Origin: an uncultured Erysipelotrichaceae bacterium
GTDB lineage: Bacteria; Bacillota_I; Bacilli_A; RF39; UBA660
Reading direction: 5' to 3'
NCBI GenBank assembly: GCA_902767375.1
Contig: CACXGV010000048.1
Coordinates: 1-46,987, forward strand
DNA length: 46,987 nucleotides
Shown here in pieces: positions 1 through 9,871 of this stretch. The position numbers and the translations under genes are program-made. The notes under the pieces are model-generated. The model was given only the letters and a program-made list of their open reading frames with translations. It ran no database searches and was not told the origin of the DNA. Numbering within the stretch: position 1 is the first letter of the stretch; each line of letters opens with the position of its first letter.

Positions 1-1646
1 ATAACATCGTCTAGTTTTCTTTCAAGTTCACGTACTCCTGGTTCTTTTGTATAATCTTTGATTATTTCAAGAACTTCTTCATCAGTTAAGTTAATCTTTT
101 TTGTATTATATTTTTTTAATAAATTTGGAATTAAATGATTTAGAGCGATTTCTTTCTTATCATAGATTGTATAATTATCTACATATATTATTTCTAATCT
201 ATCTCTTAGCACTATTGGAATTGCATCTTCATCATTAGCCGTTAAAATAAATAATACTTTTGATAAATCAAAGGATTCTTCAATATAGTTATCAATAAAT
301 TCTTTATTTTGATTGGAATCTAGAATATCTAAAAGAACTGATGCCGGATCTCCTTTATAATCTTTAACCATTTTATCTACTTCGTCAATTAAGATTACAG
401 GATTATTTGTTCCGCATTTAATTAGTGCTTCCATTATTTTACCAGGAGCGGCTCCAAGATAAGTACGCCTATGACCAGTAAGTTCTGATGAGTCATTTAA
501 ACCACCCACTGATATTTTATAGAACTCTCTTTTTAAAGCTTTAGCAATAGCTCTAGCAATAGTTGATTTACCAACACCAGGAGAACCAATTAAACAAATT
601 ATTGGATTTTCTAAATCCGGATTCTTGTCTTTTAATAAAGCATACTCAATAATTCTATTTTTAACATTTTCCATCTTATAATGAGATGTGTTTAAGACTT
701 TAGATATCTTATCTTTTTTATTTTCTTCTTTAGATGATTTATTAAATGGTAAAGATAACAAAGTATCAATATAGTTCCTAATTACAGATATTTCAGGGTT
801 ATTACTTGGAGTATATTCATATTTTGTTATTTCTGATTCTAATTTCTTTTTGATTTTATCATCTGCATTTAATTCTTTGACTTTTTCAATGTATTCTTCA
901 GTTTCAGTTTCTTTAGTGGATTTAATACCTAATTCTTCATTTAGTTTTTTAATTTGAGCTTTGATTAAATATTCTCGTTGTTCTTTTTCAATAGATGAAT
1001 GAATTTCATCTTCTATTTTATTATTTAAATCAGTTATTTCTAATTCGATGTTTAGGTCTTGAATTAACATCTTAGCACGAATTGTTTCATCAAATTCATT
1101 TATATATTTAATTCTCTTATTCATAGGGAATTTTAGAAAATTAACAACAATATCAGTTAATTCATCTAGTGATGTATTATCTTTAATTTTAGATAAAACA
1201 CTATTAGAGATTGATGGTGATGAATCAATATATTGATATAAGAGAGACATTATTTTTTTCTTTAAAGCACTTTGATATGAAGTTTCTTCTTTTTCAATAA
1301 AGATTCTTTTAATGTTAGCAATTAAAATACTTTTATCTTCTTTATAGTTAGAATATTTATTTACTTTAATACGATTTAAACCTTTTAATATTATACGGTA
1401 ATTTTTATTGGGAAGAACAACACATGATTTAATATATGTTAAAACTCCAATTGTTGGAAGATCAGTAATAGTTGGTGACTCTTCTAGAGTGTTGGTCGGT
1501 AAAATGACAACTACTTTTTTATCAAAACTACTAATTGATTTATCAATTATTTTTTCGGATAATTCATTATTTAATTCTAAACGGACTTCTTGGGTAGGTA
1601 AAAGGGATAATTTTTTGAGTAATAAGACTGGTAAGTTCTTATCCAT
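1..1646 (-). CDS. lon: ATP-dependent Lon protease, 3' part truncated by the window edge (missing from the ORF track)
   Basis: Manual translation from ATG at 1646 (SD GGAGGTG): MDKNLPVLLLKKLSLLP..., Walker A ICLIGSPGVGKST, GHRRTYLGAAPGKI, Walker B ILIDEVDK, GDPASVLLDILD, RDRLEII, PGVRELER. Confidence 0.95.
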   Translation of the reverse strand, partial: MDKNLPVLLLKKLSLLPTQEVRLELNNELSEKIIDKSISSFDKKVVVILPTNTLEESPTITDLPTIGVLTYIKSCVVLPNKNYRIILKGLNRIKVNKYSNYKEDKSILIANIKRIFIEKEETSYQSALKKKIMSLLYQYIDSSPSISNSVLSKIKDNTSLDELTDIVVNFLKFPMNKRIKYINEFDETIRAKMLIQDLNIELEITDLNNKIEDEIHSSIEKEQREYLIKAQIKKLNEELGIKSTKETETEEYIEKVKELNADDKIKKKLESEITKYEYTPSNNPEISVIRNYIDTLLSLPFNKSSKEENKKDKISKVLNTSHYKMENVKNRIIEYALLKDKNPDLENPIICLIGSPGVGKSTIARAIAKALKREFYKISVGGLNDSSELTGHRRTYLGAAPGKIMEALIKCGTNNPVILIDEVDKMVKDYKGDPASVLLDILDSNQNKEFIDNYIEESFDLSKVLFILTANDEDAIPIVLRDRLEIIYVDNYTIYDKKEIALNHLIPNLLKKYNTKKINLTDEEVLEIIKDYTKEPGVRELERKLDDV

Positions 1647-1672
1647 TTTGTCACCTCCAAAATATGTATTTT

Positions 1673-1701
1673 ATTATAGTGATTAATTATATCTTTGTAA
1701 A
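1673..1701 (-). promoter_or_regulatory. sigma-A-type promoter of lon
   Basis: TTTACA-17 bp-TATAAT upstream of the lon SD. Confidence 0.7.
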
Positions 1702-1720
1702 GTTTATTTTTAAGTTTTTT

Positions 1721-1752
1721 AAAAAAAGTCTGCATGATTGGCAGACTTTTAT
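1721..1752 (-). terminator. Intrinsic terminator after mutS
   Basis: AAAAGTCTGC-loop-GCAGACTTTT hairpin with a U-tract on the minus strand. Confidence 0.8.
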
Positions 1753-4283
1753 TTTTTTGATATTTCTTTTAATTCATAGAGAATATTTATAGCTTCAATT
1801 GGGGTTAATTTTAAGACATCTATCTCGTCTAATTTATCTTTTAATTCATTACTATTTGAATTATTAAAATCAAGTTCTAGTTGTTCATTGAAACTCTTTC
1901 TAGAATTATTTGATTCTCCTTCATATTTTCGGAGTATTTTTGAAGCATTTTCAATTATTTCATCAGGTAGTTTAGCTAGAGATGCTACGTGAACACCATA
2001 ACTCTTATCAACTGCCCCATCTTCTATTTTGTGAAGGAAAGTAAGTTTTCCTCCCTCCTCAGTCGCACTTACATGAATATTTTTAATAGTTTTGTATTTT
2101 TCATCTAAGCTGGTAAGCTCATGATAGTGAGTGCTGAAAAGAGTTTTACATTTTATCGTCTTTGTACAGTATTCTAAGATAGCCTGGGCAATTGCAATTC
2201 CATCATAGGTAGCAGTCCCTCTTCCTAGTTCATCGAAGAGGATTAGAGAATCATTGGTAGCGTTAGTTATAGCGTTTTTAGCTTCTAACATTTCAACCAT
2301 AAATGTTGATTCTCCACTTACTAAATCATCTGATGCTCCAATTCTAGTATAGATGGCATCAAATATTGGTAATGATGCATATTCAGCTGGTACAAAAGAG
2401 CCTATCTGCGCCATAATAATGGTAATAGCAAGTTGTCTCATATATGTTGATTTACCACTCATGTTAGGACCAGTTATTAATAACGTATTTGTATTTTCAT
2501 CCATATAGACATCATTTTTAACATAGGTCCCACCTACAACTATATTGATAACAGGATGAAAACCATTTTTAATATCAATTATGTGATTATGATTAAATTC
2601 TGGTCTTACCAAATTATAATTTTCAGATATAACAGATAAAGAACATAAAGCATCAATTATACCAATAGTTTTAGCAGTCTCTTTAATTTTTAAAACATTA
2701 TTTTTTAAGATATCTTTAATATTCATAAAAAGATTATATTCAAGTTCAATAATCCTTTCTTCAGCATTTAATACTAAAGCTTCTTTTTCTTTTAATTCAG
2801 GAGTTATATATCTTTCACCTGTAGTAAGAGTTTGTTTCCTTTCCCAACCAAATTCTTCTTTAACGTTTGAAAGTTGGCCTTTGCTTACTTCAATATAATA
2901 ACCAAAAACTTTATTAAAACCAACTTTTAAATTTTGAATACCAGTTTTTTCTCTTTCTTTAGCTTCTAGAGATGCGATAAAGTCTTTACCTCCAGAACGA
3001 ATAGATTTAAGTTCATCTAGTTCAGCATTATATCCTTCTTTAATTAGATATCCTTCTTTTAAAGATATTGGTGGTTCCTCATATAAAGCTTGCTCTAGTA
3101 GACTATATAAATCTTCATGAACATCAATATCAATACCGATATTTAATTCTTTTAAAGATTCTTTAATGGATGGTAAGTATTTTAAACTCTTTTTAATTTG
3201 AAGAGCATCCCTGGCATTAAAAGAACCGCATATAAGCTTACCGCATAATCTTTCTAGGTCATATACTTCATATAAATCTTTTAAAAGATTTTCTCTTATC
3301 AAAAATTCATTGTTTAGTTTAGTTATAAAGTCTAGACGATGATTAATCTCTTCTTCATTTTTTAAAGGAGAAGATAACCATGATTTTAAAGTACGACTCC
3401 CCATAGACGTTTTACATTTATCTAATAGCCAAATTAAGCTGTACTGTCTTTCTTTTAAACGAATGGTTTCAAATAATTCTAGATTTCTAATTGAATGAAT
3501 ATCTAAATTTAAATATTTATTATTATCAATAATAACAACATTACTAAAGTGAGATATGTCTTTTAGTTGTTCTATGATTAGGTAATATGCTAGATGTTTT
3601 ACCCCTTCAATTACTCTGATATCTTTAATATTTGCTAAGATATTTAATTCATCTTCATATAATTTATCACTAATAGAAATACTAATACCATAAGTATTTT
3701 TTAAAATATTTAATAACTTTAAATCAAAATCTTTTTTAATTACTACTTCTTTTAAATTTAAGGTAAGTACTCGATTTAATAAGACATCTTCTTCATGAGG
3801 AAGGATTTCACTTTTAATTTCACCAGTGGAAACATCAGCATACGTTATAACATAGATATATTCTAAATCTAGTAAACTACCAATATAGTTGAAGTCATTA
3901 CTATTTAAGAAGTCTAAATCAACTAAAGTACCCTTAGATACTACATTAATAACTTCTCTTTTAACCATACCTTTAGCAGTTTTAGGATCTTCTACTTGCT
4001 CACAAATAGCTACTTTAAAGCCTTTGTTAATAGCTTTTTCTAAATAAGTTTTAACTGCATGATAAGGCACCCCACACATAGGCACTCTTTCTTTTAAGCC
4101 AGCATTTTTACCAGTTAAAGTTAGTTCTAGTTCGTGAGATGCGGTTAAACCGTCTTCAAAGAATAATTCGTAAAAGTCACCAACACGATAAAAAAGTAAG
4201 ACATCTTCATAATCTTTCTTAATATCTAGATACTGCTGCATCATTGGACTTAAATCATTGTAGTTTACATCTTCTCTTCTCAT
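1749..4283 (-). CDS. mutS: DNA mismatch repair protein MutS
   Basis: SPMMQQY, FYRVGDFYELF, VPMCGVP, GPNMSGKSTYMRQ, STFMVEM, DELGRGT, FSTHYHEL. Confidence 0.98.
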   Translation of the reverse strand: MRREDVNYNDLSPMMQQYLDIKKDYEDVLLFYRVGDFYELFFEDGLTASHELELTLTGKNAGLKERVPMCGVPYHAVKTYLEKAINKGFKVAICEQVEDPKTAKGMVKREVINVVSKGTLVDLDFLNSNDFNYIGSLLDLEYIYVITYADVSTGEIKSEILPHEEDVLLNRVLTLNLKEVVIKKDFDLKLLNILKNTYGISISISDKLYEDELNILANIKDIRVIEGVKHLAYYLIIEQLKDISHFSNVVIIDNNKYLNLDIHSIRNLELFETIRLKERQYSLIWLLDKCKTSMGSRTLKSWLSSPLKNEEEINHRLDFITKLNNEFLIRENLLKDLYEVYDLERLCGKLICGSFNARDALQIKKSLKYLPSIKESLKELNIGIDIDVHEDLYSLLEQALYEEPPISLKEGYLIKEGYNAELDELKSIRSGGKDFIASLEAKEREKTGIQNLKVGFNKVFGYYIEVSKGQLSNVKEEFGWERKQTLTTGERYITPELKEKEALVLNAEERIIELEYNLFMNIKDILKNNVLKIKETAKTIGIIDALCSLSVISENYNLVRPEFNHNHIIDIKNGFHPVINIVVGGTYVKNDVYMDENTNTLLITGPNMSGKSTYMRQLAITIIMAQIGSFVPAEYASLPIFDAIYTRIGASDDLVSGESTFMVEMLEAKNAITNATNDSLILFDELGRGTATYDGIAIAQAILEYCTKTIKCKTLFSTHYHELTSLDEKYKTIKNIHVSATEEGGKLTFLHKIEDGAVDKSYGVHVASLAKLPDEIIENASKILRKYEGESNNSRKSFNEQLELDFNNSNSNELKDKLDEIDVLKLTPIEAINILYELKEISKK

Positions 4284-4316
4284 AAAACACCTAAGTGTTA
4301 TTTTAACACAAAAAAT

Positions 4317-4345
4317 AAAAAACTGATATATTTTATCAGCTTTTT
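4317..4345 (-). terminator. Intrinsic terminator after the 354-aa hypothetical gene
   Basis: CTGATA-TATTT-TATCAG stem flanked by A/T tracts. Confidence 0.6.
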
Positions 4346-4346
4346 A

Positions 4347-5411
4347 TTATAATCTAAATGAACTTTGAGATTCTTTAATATAGTTTTTCTTTTCAATTAA
4401 GAAATCGGATCCCATTTCAGTAATAATAGAAAACTCTACTACTTGATTCATTTTTCCTTGTTCTCTTAGCATAGGAATTATTGTATCAATTTCACTATCT
4501 TTTAATTCAATAACAGTTCTTACTTTTTTATGATCAGCACGACTGGCATATTCAGCGTTATGTTCATTTTGAATTATTTTTGGGGTTTTGCACCAAATAA
4601 TTTCTCCATTAGCATCAGTTCCTATGTTATTAAGTTCACATGCTTCACCGAATGTTGGCCTTTCAGTGGCGGGATCATATTCATAGAAAGTTACAATTCT
4701 TTCTTTTGGTAGTCCATCAGGTTTATATGGGATGTCATCTTTATCGTTGTATACAACAGTAGTATCTAAATTTTGTTCTAGAGTTGTTTTAGTAATAGTT
4801 GTTCCGTTTTGAACAAATGTGTCAAAATGATTATCATTAAGTAAGAAAGATGCAAAGCCTAATTCTTCAATCTTTTTAATATCAGTAACAGTTATTAATG
4901 ATCCTTGTTTAGCAAATAAACCATCTTGTTCATTTGGTTTATCAAAAACTATAGAATAATCGTTTTCATTTTCAATTACCCAGCAGGTATCAGATAGATC
5001 AATACCTTTCATTTTTCTTCTCATTGGAGCAGGTACATCTCTTAAGAAGAAGTATTTCTTTTCGGTAATAATACCTTGGCCTTTTTCATCAACTTCGATA
5101 GTTACTTTACCCTGACTTAAATCATGACGCATCTGGGCAGTCTCCGGAACATCAGATATCTCAAAATATAGGTCACAACCAGGCATAAATTCTCTTAAAC
5201 GTTTTCTGGTTTTTTGAAATCCTTCTTTAAAGCCTGGAATTCCTATCTTATATGATTCTTTGTCAAAGAAGGCAGCATTTTCTACTCTTACTTTGCCATC
5301 GCCAATAGGAAATATTCCTTTTGGGCTTATTAAGTGAGATAATCTAATGTATTGTAATCCAGTTAGGTATTTATTAATTTCTTCTATACTATATAATTCT
5401 ACTCTTTTCAT
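4347..5411 (-). CDS. Hypothetical cytoplasmic protein, 354 aa
   Basis: Long ORF with SD GGAGGG, starts 1 nt after the ylbL stop; no motif recognised. Confidence 0.8.
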   Translation of the reverse strand: MKRVELYSIEEINKYLTGLQYIRLSHLISPKGIFPIGDGKVRVENAAFFDKESYKIGIPGFKEGFQKTRKRLREFMPGCDLYFEISDVPETAQMRHDLSQGKVTIEVDEKGQGIITEKKYFFLRDVPAPMRRKMKGIDLSDTCWVIENENDYSIVFDKPNEQDGLFAKQGSLITVTDIKKIEELGFASFLLNDNHFDTFVQNGTTITKTTLEQNLDTTVVYNDKDDIPYKPDGLPKERIVTFYEYDPATERPTFGEACELNNIGTDANGEIIWCKTPKIIQNEHNAEYASRADHKKVRTVIELKDSEIDTIIPMLREQGKMNQVVEFSIITEMGSDFLIEKKNYIKESQSSFRL

Positions 5412-5412
5412 T

Positions 5413-6423
5413 TTATCCCTCCAATGAATTTAGATAATTTAGTGCATCGTCAATTGTCCCAACTTCAACTATAATTATATCATATTTTTTCTTTTTTGCA
5501 TACTCTACTGCATCTTGATAGTTTTCTTTAGGACATAAGAAGATATCAGCGTGTTTATGCTCAGCCGCATCTATTTTATAATTGACGGCTCCAATTTCTC
5601 CTACAGTACCATCTAAAGCAATGGTACCAGTTCCAACAATTTTTTTACCATGCGTTATATCTTCTTTAGTTAATGCATTATAAATTGCTAGTGTGGTAAT
5701 TAGTCCTCCACTCGGACCAGATTCTGATCCTTTGGTTTTAACTGATATGTTATAATCTGACTCAATTTCTTTAATATTAATAATTGATAATCCTATATAT
5801 AATCGATCTTCTTTTTTATATATGGTTGATTTTGATTCTAATTCATTTTTTCCTTCTTTATATTTAATAGTAATTTGGTCATTTTCTTTTTTAGTATTTA
5901 TATATTTTACTAATTCATTAAATGATTCAAAAGGTATATTATCATAACTTATAATTTCATCCCCTACTTTTAGGTTTGAATCATTTTCTTTTGTTTTATA
6001 ATATACGTAATAATTATTTTTGGTTTCTTTGAAAGGAATATTTGCTTTAGTAAAAGCTACATATAAAGCATTACTTAGGGCTCCTTTATAATCCAAATTA
6101 TCTCTGGCATATACGTCTTCAATATTTTCATTTTCATTTATAACAAATTTTTCATTTTTTACTAGTTCCCAGCTAGGAATAACTTTTGCTAGAAGATAAA
6201 ATGGAAGTTTGCCTTTCATCATACCAACATATGCCATGTTAAATGTTCCTTTGCCTTTATTAATATTAGTACCAGATACTCTTTCACTAGCGTTAATAGT
6301 GCCACCTGGTTTATAGATACTATAACCAGTATCATAAAAGCAAAAGATACTGAATAGTATTAAAAAGATTATTGTAAAATAATTTTCTTTAAAAAATGTT
6401 TTAATATTATATTCTTTTTTCAT
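5413..6423 (-). CDS. ylbL: Membrane-anchored PDZ + Lon-like (S16) serine protease, YlbL/SepM family
   Basis: N-terminal TM, PGGTI, PDZ-like 'LKVGDEII', Ser-Lys dyad motifs GPSGGL and GTGTI...GAVNYK; divergent from ylbJ as in B. subtilis. Confidence 0.9.
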   Translation of the reverse strand: MKKEYNIKTFFKENYFTIIFLILFSIFCFYDTGYSIYKPGGTINASERVSGTNINKGKGTFNMAYVGMMKGKLPFYLLAKVIPSWELVKNEKFVINENENIEDVYARDNLDYKGALSNALYVAFTKANIPFKETKNNYYVYYKTKENDSNLKVGDEIISYDNIPFESFNELVKYINTKKENDQITIKYKEGKNELESKSTIYKKEDRLYIGLSIINIKEIESDYNISVKTKGSESGPSGGLITTLAIYNALTKEDITHGKKIVGTGTIALDGTVGEIGAVNYKIDAAEHKHADIFLCPKENYQDAVEYAKKKKYDIIIVEVGTIDDALNYLNSLEG

Positions 6424-6454
6424 ATTTTAATTATAACACGTTATAGGAGATTTT

Positions 6455-7339
6455 ATGAAGAATATCTTAATATTTGTCAGTTTCTTACTTATTTGTTTAA
6501 AAAGAACTATAATTAGTATTAGTGTTAGATATAGTTTTAATTTATGGATTAATAGTATATTTCCTAGTATATTTCCATTAATGATTCTAAGTGATTTAAT
6601 TCTTTCTACGGATTTTATTAGATATATTGCTAATAGTATAGGAAGAATATTTAGTAAATTATTTAAAGTAAATAAATATGCTTCTTATGTTTTTTTAATG
6701 AGTATGATTACAGGATGCCCTTCAAATGCTAAATATATTAAAGATTTATATGATAATAAAGTAATATATGCTGAGGAAATAGTTAAAATATTATCAATGA
6801 GTCTTTTATATAATCCTTTATTAATTATTAGTATTACTCCTTATTTAAGAATAAATGAACAATTATTTCTTATTGGAATAAATATACTTATTAATTTAAT
6901 TATAGGTTTTATTAATCGTAATTTTAATGTTTCTTATTCTAATAATGATTTAAAAATGAGAAAGTTTAATCTGGTTAATAGTATAAGTAACGGGATTAAT
7001 AGTTTAATGCTAATTTTAGGGGTTATTATTACTTTTAATATTATCAATAGTTTATTATTTTTTAAACATCCTTTAATTACAGGCATATTAGAAATTACTA
7101 ATGGTATTATTTTGATTAATAATTCTTATCTATTATATAAATATAAATTTATATTTACAGGAATATTGTTATCTTTAGGTGGCTTTAGTATTTTAATGCA
7201 AATAAAAAGTATCTTTAAAGATACTTTAATTGATTATTCATTATTTTATAAATCTAGAATTATTCATTTATTATTAATGATTATCATGTGCTATATATAT
7301 TATTTTATCTCAAAACCGATATTGGATCCCCTAGTATAG
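6455..7339 (+). CDS. ylbJ: Sporulation integral membrane protein YlbJ-like
   Basis: Polytopic; LWINSIFPSIFP, GCPSNAK, GILEITNG, SLGGFSILMQ motifs; synteny with ylbL. Confidence 0.8.
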   Translation: MKNILIFVSFLLICLKRTIISISVRYSFNLWINSIFPSIFPLMILSDLILSTDFIRYIANSIGRIFSKLFKVNKYASYVFLMSMITGCPSNAKYIKDLYDNKVIYAEEIVKILSMSLLYNPLLIISITPYLRINEQLFLIGINILINLIIGFINRNFNVSYSNNDLKMRKFNLVNSISNGINSLMLILGVIITFNIINSLLFFKHPLITGILEITNGIILINNSYLLYKYKFIFTGILLSLGGFSILMQIKSIFKDTLIDYSLFYKSRIIHLLLMIIMCYIYYFISKPILDPLV

Positions 7340-7965
7340 TTTAGTTCATTTTTAGTATATATATATGCTGCTATTATATCGTAATTATTTCCTTTTTCGT
7401 CAAATACTGGCAAGGTTATTTTTAATGAGCATTTAGCATTAGCAGCGGCAGATGAACCACAAGAAGTAGTAACAGTTCCGGGATTAATATTTGGATCCAT
7501 GATAATTGAAGATTCTCTAATTGTTTGATTATTTCCTCTTTTATAACCTAGGACGTTTTTTTCTACTTTGGCAGTATCACTACCACTATAATCATAAGTG
7601 TATTGTAAAATATAGCCATTATTATTTGTCCCTAAAATGTCAGTTCTAAAGGTTAGTTTCAAACAATATAAATTTCTTGGAAGATTACCATTACTATCTA
7701 AAGGAACTATTCTTCTTCGACCGGTTGATGTACTTAATTCACTTTCGTTACAAACTTCAACACCAGTTAGGCCATATTCATTCATATCTTTTTCTATTGC
7801 TTTAATTACAAGTGCTTGATTAATAACTAAATCAGCTGAATTGTTATTATCGACTCCAGCATTTTTAACTGTTATTAGAAGGTTTAGAATAAAAACCATA
7901 ATAACGCTTACGATTAAGATACAAACTATAATTTCAATAATTGTCATTCCCTTTTTATTTTTCAT
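7300..7965 (-). CDS. Type IV prepilin-like protein (class III signal), 221 aa
   Basis: MKNKKG|MTIIEIIVCILIV N-terminal methylation motif, hydrophobic helix, four Cys in the globular part. Confidence 0.85.
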   Translation of the reverse strand: MKNKKGMTIIEIIVCILIVSVIMVFILNLLITVKNAGVDNNNSADLVINQALVIKAIEKDMNEYGLTGVEVCNESELSTSTGRRRIVPLDSNGNLPRNLYCLKLTFRTDILGTNNNGYILQYTYDYSGSDTAKVEKNVLGYKRGNNQTIRESSIIMDPNINPGTVTTSCGSSAAANAKCSLKITLPVFDEKGNNYDIIAAYIYTKNELNYTRGSNIGFEIK

Positions 7966-9119
7966 TAGATACTCCTTAATAAATCTTTAGTCTTATTATT
8001 GTATTTTTCAATTACTACTCTTTGATTTAAGAATAATAGGAACATTAAGTTAATATAGAATGAGCCACCATATGATAAGAATGGAACAGGCACTCCAGTA
8101 AGTGGTATAAGTGCTAGAATCCCCATGAAGTTAATTAGTAAATGAAGTAGAATATAGCAAAATGTTCCGTAGGCAATTATAGACCCCCTTATAGTGCCAG
8201 CATTTGATGCTATTTTTAAGAGCCTCCATAAGATTATACCAAATCCAATAATAATTAATGATCCCACTATAGTACCAAGTTCTTCACATATAATTGGAAA
8301 AATAAAATCAGTATGGGCTTCTGGTAGATACAAATATTTTTGGGTAGAATTACCTAGTCCAACACCAAATAATCCCCCATTTGAAATAGCAATAAATCCA
8401 TTACATACTTGATAACCGGTTTTTTGAGTATATCTAGTACAAGGATCTTTAAAAGTAAGACGATCTTTTTGTTCTGCGTTTAAGAAACTGCCACCAAATA
8501 TGATAAAAATTCCAACAACTGCAGCGGTTATGATAGCCCCTGTTTTCATTTTTTTCATTATATCAGTTTTAATTGGCAAAGCTAAGAATACTAAACCAGC
8601 TATACCAGCTACAATGATAGCGGTTCCTAAATCTGGCTGATACGCTATTAAACCACAAGCCACAACTATAATAATATAAGGGAAAATTATCTTTTGAATA
8701 TCAAAATCTTTATTTAAAATTATTTTCTCATAGTATACAGCTAAGAATAAAATCATTATTGATTTAACAAACTCACTTGGTTGGAACGAAAAAACACCTA
8801 AATCATACCATGATTTAGCACTATTGGTTATCTTTCCATAAGGAATTAATAAGATTAATGCCGCAGTAATGGCTAGCATAGCAAGTGGAGCTAGTTTTCG
8901 ATATTTACTTGTTGGAAATTTTAATACAAAACCAATACCCATAATCCATGAAGCTAAAACAAAGATTGATTGTTTTTTAAAGAAGTATGATTCAGCTACA
9001 CGATTATATAAAACAGCGGTTATAGATGACGCACTAAAAATCATTACTAATCCTAAGATAGTATATAAAATCATAAAAAAGAATAATGTTTTATCCATTT
9101 TTTTGAAAATATCTTTCAT
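7965..9119 (-). CDS. ftsW: SEDS family peptidoglycan polymerase FtsW/RodA/SpoVE
   Basis: GLVMIFSASS, SFQPSEFVK, QPDLGT, GYQ...GGLFGVG, LPEAHTDFIF, LPLTGVPVPFLSYGGS. Confidence 0.9.
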   Translation of the reverse strand: MKDIFKKMDKTLFFFMILYTILGLVMIFSASSITAVLYNRVAESYFFKKQSIFVLASWIMGIGFVLKFPTSKYRKLAPLAMLAITAALILLIPYGKITNSAKSWYDLGVFSFQPSEFVKSIMILFLAVYYEKIILNKDFDIQKIIFPYIIIVVACGLIAYQPDLGTAIIVAGIAGLVFLALPIKTDIMKKMKTGAIITAAVVGIFIIFGGSFLNAEQKDRLTFKDPCTRYTQKTGYQVCNGFIAISNGGLFGVGLGNSTQKYLYLPEAHTDFIFPIICEELGTIVGSLIIIGFGIILWRLLKIASNAGTIRGSIIAYGTFCYILLHLLINFMGILALIPLTGVPVPFLSYGGSFYINLMFLLFLNQRVVIEKYNNKTKDLLRSI

Positions 9120-9146
9120 ATATCCACCCTATATTAATTTTATCAT

Positions 9147-9173
9147 AAAAAAAACCATATTTAAATATGGTTT
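9147..9173 (-). terminator. Intrinsic terminator ending the tad operon
   Basis: AAACCATAT-TTAA-ATATGGTTT hairpin with an 8-U tract on the minus strand. Confidence 0.7.
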
Positions 9174-9178
9174 GTAAA

Positions 9179-9871
9179 CTATCCAATTAATTTAATAATT
9201 ATTGGTCCTAAAATAATTATTAATATTAATGGTACAAAGATAATTACACTAGCAATACTTATTTTTATTGGCATTTTATTAATTTTAGCTTTAGTTTCTA
9301 GTAAAAGTTTATCATTTAAATAATCTAACTGATTATTTAGTGATTCAATCATATTATTACCATAAATATTGCTTTCTAGTAGATTTAAGATAATATTATT
9401 AACGGTATCACTAGGGATTCTAAGTTTTAAATCATCTAAGGCTTCAGTTAAACTCTTACCTAGTTCAACGTCCTCAATTACTTTTTTAAATTCGCGAGAT
9501 AAGGTATTATCTAGATTTTTACTTGTTAGTTCAATAGCTCCTTTAAGATTAGCCCCTGATTCTAAAGTTAAAGCTAAAATTTGGAAATAGAATGATGATT
9601 CTTTTTCTAATAGTCTTGCTCTTTTAGCTAGACGATAATCGAAGAAAAGATACTCAGCACCATAGAAATATATTATAGATATTATAGTGCTTATTAAGAT
9701 GTCTTTTTTAATTATCATTGTAATTATAAAGATGAATAAGACTATTAATAAATGCATTTGTAATAAAGTGTCTAGATTATAACTGTATTCTATTCCCAGT
9801 AGTCTATTCTTCTTTTTTATACGTTCTACAGATTTTTTGGTGTAGATACCATCAATTATACTGTTTTTCAT
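9179..9871 (-). CDS. tadC: Tad pilus platform protein TadC (T2SSF domain)
   Basis: LESGANLKGA, GKSLTEAL, ESNIYG, KAKINKMPIKI; position after tadB. Confidence 0.85.
   Translation of the reverse strand: MKNSIIDGIYTKKSVERIKKKNRLLGIEYSYNLDTLLQMHLLIVLFIFIITMIIKKDILISTIISIIYFYGAEYLFFDYRLAKRARLLEKESSFYFQILALTLESGANLKGAIELTSKNLDNTLSREFKKVIEDVELGKSLTEALDDLKLRIPSDTVNNIILNLLESNIYGNNMIESLNNQLDYLNDKLLLETKAKINKMPIKISIASVIIFVPLILIIILGPIIIKLIG

Noticed and set aside
1408-1686. 92-aa plus-strand ORF in the track
   Set aside because: It is antisense to lon, whose minus-strand frame carries clear Lon motifs.
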